Part shown: positions 59,285 through 64,000 of the stretch, in pieces | Layout of the letters: every line of letters starts with the position of its first letter | Position numbering within the stretch: position 1 is the first letter of the stretch | NCBI GenBank assembly: GCA_963849825.1 | Contig: CAWKIK010000003.1 | Coordinates: forward strand, 361,397 to 425,396 | Direction: 5' to 3' | Source of the DNA: an uncultured Gammaproteobacteria bacterium | Lineage (GTDB): Bacteria > Pseudomonadota > Gammaproteobacteria > JASBUN01 | DNA: 64,000 nt | Made by a program: the position numbers and the translations under genes | The notes under the pieces: generated by a model | What the model saw: the letters and a program-made list of their open reading frames with translations, nothing else | The model's database searches: none | Told to the model about the DNA's origin: nothing

Positions 59285-60274
59285 TCAGGCCGCGGCCGCG
59301 CTTCGGTCCTCGGCACGGGAAATCCGCCAGGATTCGGTCTTACGGCTATAGGACAGCCGGTAATCGACAAGAGCCTTGGCGCGCCGCAGCCGGTTCATCT
59401 GTTCGTGGAAGCGGATCAACGCCAGTTTCGGCGCGCAGGCATCGCGCAGCTTGCGTTCGCTGATCACCAGTCGGTCCTGATCCTGTAACGCATTGCTCAG
59501 ATACCGCCGCAGCGCGGCGCGCAATTGCGGGGATGCCAGCGAATCGGGATTCCGTTCCCTAGACGCCGACTGCGGACCACGCTCGCCGGCGCTCCGGGAA
59601 ACCGCCGCAGGCGCCCGCTCCGGGCCGGAGCGCGTCGCGGGGGCGGAGACGGGGGCAGAACCGGCCGGAAGCTGCGACTGGCGCGCTTTGGGCGCGACGC
59701 CCGGGGGTAACGAGGCGCGGCGCTCGCCGTCCGCGCTTACCGGGGCCTGGACGCGCCGCGGCGCAGCGGCACCCACGATGCGCTCCACCGGCTCGGTGGC
59801 CGCGATCATGGCCCGCAATTGGGAATGCCAGTATTTCGCCAGGCGCATGTCGGCGATGGTCAACTCGTGTACCGGCGCGTGGCGGTCGCGGACTTCGATC
59901 CGCAGCCGAACCTCGCCCGTCGCTTCCGTCCGGAGGCGGCTACGGCCCAGCGATTCGAACGCCGAGCCACGCTCGACGCGGCTGACGGACCTGCCGTCCA
60001 CCAACAATTCGGATACACACAGGTCCGCAAACGGGACCACGTGCAAGCGCACCGTCTGGGTCTCGGCGCAAATGACGCAGAGGGCTTGGTGACGATCGTC
60101 TATGGCCAACGCCCGGCGGCCAGCGGGCAGGCGCCGTTCCGGGCGGATGCCCGGCAATTTGGCCAGGGCGTCTTCCACCGCCCGGCAGCGGGCGGCTTCG
60201 GTGCGCAATGCAAGTAGCAGTACCGACAGCAAACCTGCGGACATGACGCTGACAATGTACAGGTAACCCGGCAT
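59285..60274 (-). CDS. Hypothetical membrane-anchored protein
   Basis: N-terminal TM helix, a globular segment, a long Ala/Pro/Ser/Arg-rich linker and a C-terminal helical domain of about 80 aa. I recognise no family. Confidence 0.45.
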   Translation of the reverse strand: MPGYLYIVSVMSAGLLSVLLLALRTEAARCRAVEDALAKLPGIRPERRLPAGRRALAIDDRHQALCVICAETQTVRLHVVPFADLCVSELLVDGRSVSRVERGSAFESLGRSRLRTEATGEVRLRIEVRDRHAPVHELTIADMRLAKYWHSQLRAMIAATEPVERIVGAAAPRRVQAPVSADGERRASLPPGVAPKARQSQLPAGSAPVSAPATRSGPERAPAAVSRSAGERGPQSASRERNPDSLASPQLRAALRRYLSNALQDQDRLVISERKLRDACAPKLALIRFHEQMNRLRRAKALVDYRLSYSRKTESWRISRAEDRSAAAA

Positions 60275-60404
60275 TCGGCCGCCCTCCTCAAAGAGCTGGT
60301 CTTAACTTGGTGTTCATTGCACCAAAAGCCGGGCGCCGGGACGGCGAGACACGTCACATTTCTGAAAATCCCCGCCCTATTACACGTCCACGCAGCAAGG
60401 GAGG

Positions 60405-61985
60405 TTATTGTTGGGCGAAATAGCGCTCCAGGTATTCATCGAACGACGAATCCGTGTTGGCCTCGAGGTCGTGCTGGCGCTCGAGCGAGCGGTCGGCCTC
60501 CTCCTCAAAAAAGCGGCGCCGTTGATCGGTCATGGTGCGCGCTTTGAAATAGTCGTAATGCTGGCGGGACATGCGCATCGCGAACTGAAAAAAGCTCTCC
60601 TGATTGGCGCGCATTTCCGCAAGCATGCGTGCCGAGGGCGTACGGTCCGGATCGCGAAGCGCTTCCTGTTGCCGACGCAAGGCGTCGCTATAGGGCGAGC
60701 CCATCTTGTCGGCGTCCAGAAGGCCACAGATGTCGATCAGCTGCTCGCACAGCTCGAGTCCCCAATCCTTGAGACTGACCTCGTCCCCGTTGCGGGAAAG
60801 CATCAATTCCGGGTCGCGGCCGCGGTGCGCTGCGGCGAGCTCGTTTTCGTCGATTTCGATGCGTTCGCGCTCGTTGAGCTTCGGACTTTCGTGCAGCAGG
60901 CAAAACAACAGAAATGCTTCGAGGAAATAGATCTGCTGCTCATGGATGCCGAGCGGATCGAAGGCATTGACGTCCAAGGAGCGCAATTCCACGTAACGCA
61001 CGCCACGACGTTTCAAAGCGAGGGTGGGCTTCTCATTGCCGCGCAGGACCTGCTTGGGACGGATCGTACTGTAATATTCGTTCTCGATCTGGAGCAAATT
61101 GGCGTTCAACTGACGATATTCGCCATCTACCTTCACCCCGATCTTGGCGTATTCGGCGCAAGGTGTGGAGATCGCGCAGCTCAGACTTTCGATATAGGCG
61201 TCCAGGTTGTCATAGCAGGCCTTGATCCCGACCTTGTTTTCCTGGTTGTTCTGGTAACCGATGTCGCCCATGCGCAAGGAGGTGGCGTAGGGCTGGAAAT
61301 AGGTGTTGGCGTCGAACTGCTCCATGGCGCCGTTGGGTCCGCTCAGGAACGACTTGCACACTGCCGGCGATGCGCCGAACAGATAAGGCACCAACCAGCC
61401 GAACCGCTGGAGATTACGGATCAGACCCATGTAGCTATCCGATACGAAAGATTGAAATGGGCGCCGGTCTCCGTCGAAATCCTGAAGCAGCCGCCAGAAG
61501 CCATCAGGAAACGAATAGTTGAAATGTACGCCTGCGATCACCTGCATGGTGCGTCCATACCGGTAGCCCAGCCCGCGTCGGTAGACGGTCTTCATCAGGC
61601 CCGGATTGGAACGGCCGTAGCGGGCGACCGGGATGCTGGTTTCGCCGCGTACCACGCACGGCATGCTGGTAGCCCACAACAATTCGTCCCGCAGCTTGCT
61701 ATATACGAATTGCTGGGTTTCGCACAAAAATTGCAGCGCCTCGCGCATGTCCGTGAACGGCGGCGTGATCAGCTCAATCAGCGCTTCCGAATAATCCGTC
61801 GTGATGTAGGGGTGCGTCAGGGCCGAACCGAGCGCACTCGGATGGCTCGTCTGGGCAATCGAGCCCTCGACGTTTACGCGCAGACTTTCCTTTTCCAGCC
61901 CGATTCGCCGGTCCTTCAGAAACCCATGCTCGGTGTTTCGCGCGAACCGTGAAAGCCGCTGGTGTGCAAGACGATACGAAGACAT
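60405..61985 (-). CDS. gshA: Glutamate--cysteine ligase (type 1)
   Basis: About 526 aa from MSSYRLAH. Blocks are GLEKESLRV, TTDYSEALIELITP, MGDIGYQN and YVELRSLD. Confidence 0.9.
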   Translation of the reverse strand: MSSYRLAHQRLSRFARNTEHGFLKDRRIGLEKESLRVNVEGSIAQTSHPSALGSALTHPYITTDYSEALIELITPPFTDMREALQFLCETQQFVYSKLRDELLWATSMPCVVRGETSIPVARYGRSNPGLMKTVYRRGLGYRYGRTMQVIAGVHFNYSFPDGFWRLLQDFDGDRRPFQSFVSDSYMGLIRNLQRFGWLVPYLFGASPAVCKSFLSGPNGAMEQFDANTYFQPYATSLRMGDIGYQNNQENKVGIKACYDNLDAYIESLSCAISTPCAEYAKIGVKVDGEYRQLNANLLQIENEYYSTIRPKQVLRGNEKPTLALKRRGVRYVELRSLDVNAFDPLGIHEQQIYFLEAFLLFCLLHESPKLNERERIEIDENELAAAHRGRDPELMLSRNGDEVSLKDWGLELCEQLIDICGLLDADKMGSPYSDALRRQQEALRDPDRTPSARMLAEMRANQESFFQFAMRMSRQHYDYFKARTMTDQRRRFFEEEADRSLERQHDLEANTDSSFDEYLERYFAQQ

Positions 61986-62390
61986 GCGCTGGCCTGTTGA
62001 TCCTGCTAGCGCGCCGCAGCGAAACGTGGCTGGCATCGGCGCGGTGCGCCGGATGCCGTCGCCACGCAACCCGGGCGGCGACATCGCCCTCTTCGCGTCA
62101 TGCCCTTGGAGAGCATCGAGTCTCGCGGTGCGGAATCACGATCAGCGCGGCCGTACGTGCCATGTATGCCAAGGCTTGACGCAGCATACGCGCACCCGAC
62201 GCAATCGCAGCCAGATCGAAATCGGCTCTTTTCAGCGCTGAACAAGGGGTAATATCGCCGCTTGAGCGGCGCAAAGTAGCGCATTATAGAACAAATGTCC
62301 GGCACCGACAGTGCCAGATTTGCGATCGAAAATTAAGGGGGAATACGCAATGATCGATTTTGCAGGTGTAAGCGGTTGCGTGGCCAAGGC

Positions 62391-63281
62391 ATGATGGGCA
62401 AAACCGTATCTCTGGTGCTGAGTAGCGGCGGCGCGCGCGGCCTCGCCCATATCGGCGTGATCCGTTGGCTCGAAGCGCAAGGTTTCCGGATCCGCAGTGT
62501 CGCGGGCGCGTCGATGGGCGCACTGATCGGAGGCGTCTATGCGGCCGGGGGCTTGGACGCCTACACCGCATGGGTGAGTGCGCTGCAGCGCAGGGATGTG
62601 GTCCGCCTGCTCGACTTGTCCTGGAGCCGAAGCAGCTTGTTCAAGGGTGACCGGATCATCAAAGTGCTGCGCGAGCTGATCGGTGACCAGGAAATCGAAT
62701 CATTGCCGGTGGCATTTACCGCGGTGGCGACCGATCTGGACGCCGGCCGCGAGGTCTGGTTGCGCCACGGCTCACTGTTCGATGCTGTCCACGCATCCAT
62801 TGCCATACCGACGATTTTCGCCCCCGTGCGCGCGGGTGATCGGTTGTTGGTGGACGGCGGCCTGATCAATCCGGTGCCGATCGCGCCCACACTCAACGAC
62901 ACTACGGACTTGACCGTCGTGGTCAACGTCAACGCCAAATCGGAATTCTCGATCGAGACACTGCCGCCGACACAACCTCCGCAACGGACGCCGCGCGGTT
63001 ATCGCACCGCGATCGGTCGATTTGTGGAGGAAGCCGGAGGGGACACGGGTGCCGCGCAACCTGACGAACGCAGCCTGTTCGACGTCATCAGCCGAGCGAT
63101 GGACACGATGCAATCGACGATCGCCCGGCAACGCCTCGCCGCATACAGTCCCGACGCGATTGTCGAGATCCCACGCAACGTGTGCGCCTTTCATGAGTTT
63201 CACCGTGCCCGGGAACTGATTGCAGTGGGCCACCAGACGGCGCAAACGGCCCTGGCGAGGTTCGCGCAGCGGGCCCAATAA
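62391..63281 (+). CDS. Patatin-like phospholipase (RssA-like)
   Basis: Oxyanion GGGARG-type motif (SSGGARGLAHIG), nucleophile elbow GASMG and the catalytic Asp motif DGGLINPVP. Confidence 0.85.
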   Translation: MMGKTVSLVLSSGGARGLAHIGVIRWLEAQGFRIRSVAGASMGALIGGVYAAGGLDAYTAWVSALQRRDVVRLLDLSWSRSSLFKGDRIIKVLRELIGDQEIESLPVAFTAVATDLDAGREVWLRHGSLFDAVHASIAIPTIFAPVRAGDRLLVDGGLINPVPIAPTLNDTTDLTVVVNVNAKSEFSIETLPPTQPPQRTPRGYRTAIGRFVEEAGGDTGAAQPDERSLFDVISRAMDTMQSTIARQRLAAYSPDAIVEIPRNVCAFHEFHRARELIAVGHQTAQTALARFAQRAQ

Positions 63282-63305
63282 TTCACCGACCCGATTGCTT
63301 GGAGG

Positions 63306-63340
63306 TTATCCACAGCATCTGTGGATATCTCTGTGGACGA
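63306..63340. promoter_or_regulatory. Cluster of three DnaA-box-like 9-mers
   Basis: TTATCCACA (63306-63314) is a perfect consensus box. TGTGGATAT (63320-63328) is in opposite orientation and matches 8/9. TGTGGACGA (63332-63340) is in the same orientation as box 2 and matches 6/9. Boxes 1 and 2 form the palindrome TATCCACAG-cat-CTGTGGATA. Confidence 0.4.
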
Positions 63341-63685
63341 ACTGTGCCCGAACCAGCCAACTGTCCCTGTTCATTACAATTTTGTTAAATTGCTCAATTT
63401 GTAAGCGTCCACGTAATCCATTTCGGTTCAGTTACTTACAGTATATCGTCGCATACTTATGGGTTAATAGCCCCAGGCTATCCAACGCTGCGGCAACGCA
63501 TCGATTTGCTGTGCATAAAAGTCACGCCCGCCTATTGCGCTGCTGGGAAATCTTGTGCTATTGGGCCTGCCACGGCCGGTCTACTTGGCGGAGAAACAGT
63601 TGCTCGCAACTCTGGAAATTTCCGCGCCGCTGACGGTAGACTTGCCCACCGCGATTTAGGCTTACGGCAGCATGAGGGCATTGAA

Positions 63686-64000
63686 ATGATGGTTTATTGC
63701 ATGCGCCACGGGCAGACCAACTACAACATCAAGCGCCTTTGCAACGACAACCCCGCGGAAAATGTCCATTTGACACCGGCCGGACGCCGGCAGGCGAAAG
63801 AGGCCGCCGAGGGATTGGAAAAAGTGCCGTTGGAGAAAATCATCGTCTCGGAACTGCCCCGTACCCGGGAGACCGCTGAGATCGTCAACCATCACCACGG
63901 CGTCGATATCGTCACCGATCCCCAGATCAACGATATTCGTTCCGGCTTCGACGGTCAGCCGGTGCGCCAGTATCAGCGCGCCATTGCCAAGGATCCCCTG
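63686..64000 (+). CDS. Histidine phosphatase (phosphoglycerate mutase-like) family protein, N-terminal part; the 3' end lies outside the window
   Basis: This ORF is not in the supplied track because it runs off the right edge. My translation is MMVYCMRHGQTNYN ... LTPAGRRQA ... SELPRTRETA, and it contains the RHG catalytic motif. Confidence 0.7.
   Translation, partial: MMVYCMRHGQTNYNIKRLCNDNPAENVHLTPAGRRQAKEAAEGLEKVPLEKIIVSELPRTRETAEIVNHHHGVDIVTDPQINDIRSGFDGQPVRQYQRAIAKDPL

Noticed and set aside
63306-63420. Chromosomal replication origin (oriC)
   Set aside because: There are only three boxes and no array of AT-rich 13-mers. No dnaA, dnaN, gidA or mioC context is present. A DARS-like or promoter-operator role is more plausible.
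63420-63685. Cobalamin riboswitch upstream of the histidine phosphatase gene, considered because CobC-type alpha-ribazole phosphatases belong to this family
   Set aside because: I could not find the conserved B12-box (GCCACTG context) or the GGTGAAAxTCC / AGGGAA core elements. There are only vague similarities such as GGGAAATC and GCCACGG.
1-64000. tRNA, rRNA, tmRNA, transposase, integrase, phage or restriction-modification genes
   Set aside because: A visual scan found no T-loop (GGTTCGAATCC-like) contexts outside coding regions. No DDE, tyrosine or serine recombinase motifs, terminal inverted repeats or compositionally foreign islands were seen. The window looks like core chromosome.

Overview
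High-GC (roughly 60-65% by eye) chromosomal segment, most likely from a gammaproteobacterium: it carries fabA-fabB, hspQ, ycgL, ygiQ, gshA, selO and Fe-sodB. About 70 protein-coding genes are tightly packed on both strands, and most are housekeeping. They cover nadC, pcm, purT, folE, ilvD, fabAB, gshA, sodB and cspA, plus a Lon-like protease, a BCCT transporter and a beta-CASP RNase. I found no rRNA, tRNA, CRISPR array, transposase, integrase or recognisable defence cassette. Seven things are not ordinary. (1) A 530-bp array of four compound REP-like units lies between folE and a yihY-family gene. (2) There are two lipid-remodelling style gene pairs: a PlcP-like metallophosphoesterase with a glycosyltransferase, and a PAP2 phosphatase with a glycosyltransferase. 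Two Pho-box-like direct repeats occur in the window, one of them upstream of the PlcP-like gene. (3) c-di-GMP genes are unusually dense: four GGDEF proteins (two also EAL) and one PilZ protein. Two of the GGDEF proteins are coupled to periplasmic solute-binding modules. (4) selO is followed by a translationally coupled thioredoxin-fold/HEAT protein and a DUF3301 protein. (5) The YgiQ radical SAM gene is translationally coupled to a 2Fe-2S/FNR-type reductase. (6) A trio of DnaA boxes in a DARS-like arrangement sits in a lower-GC 400-bp intergenic region near the right edge. (7) There are two orphan FHA-domain loci, an orphan Xre/MbcA/ParS-type antitoxin-like gene, and several small conserved-looking hypothetical genes. 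I could not identify one clear-cut novel multi-gene system. The selO cluster, the ygiQ-reductase pair and the DnaA-box trio are the best candidates for follow-up. All functional calls come from motif recognition in the supplied translations; no database search was run. Start codons were chosen by in-frame Met, Shine-Dalgarno context and signal peptides.
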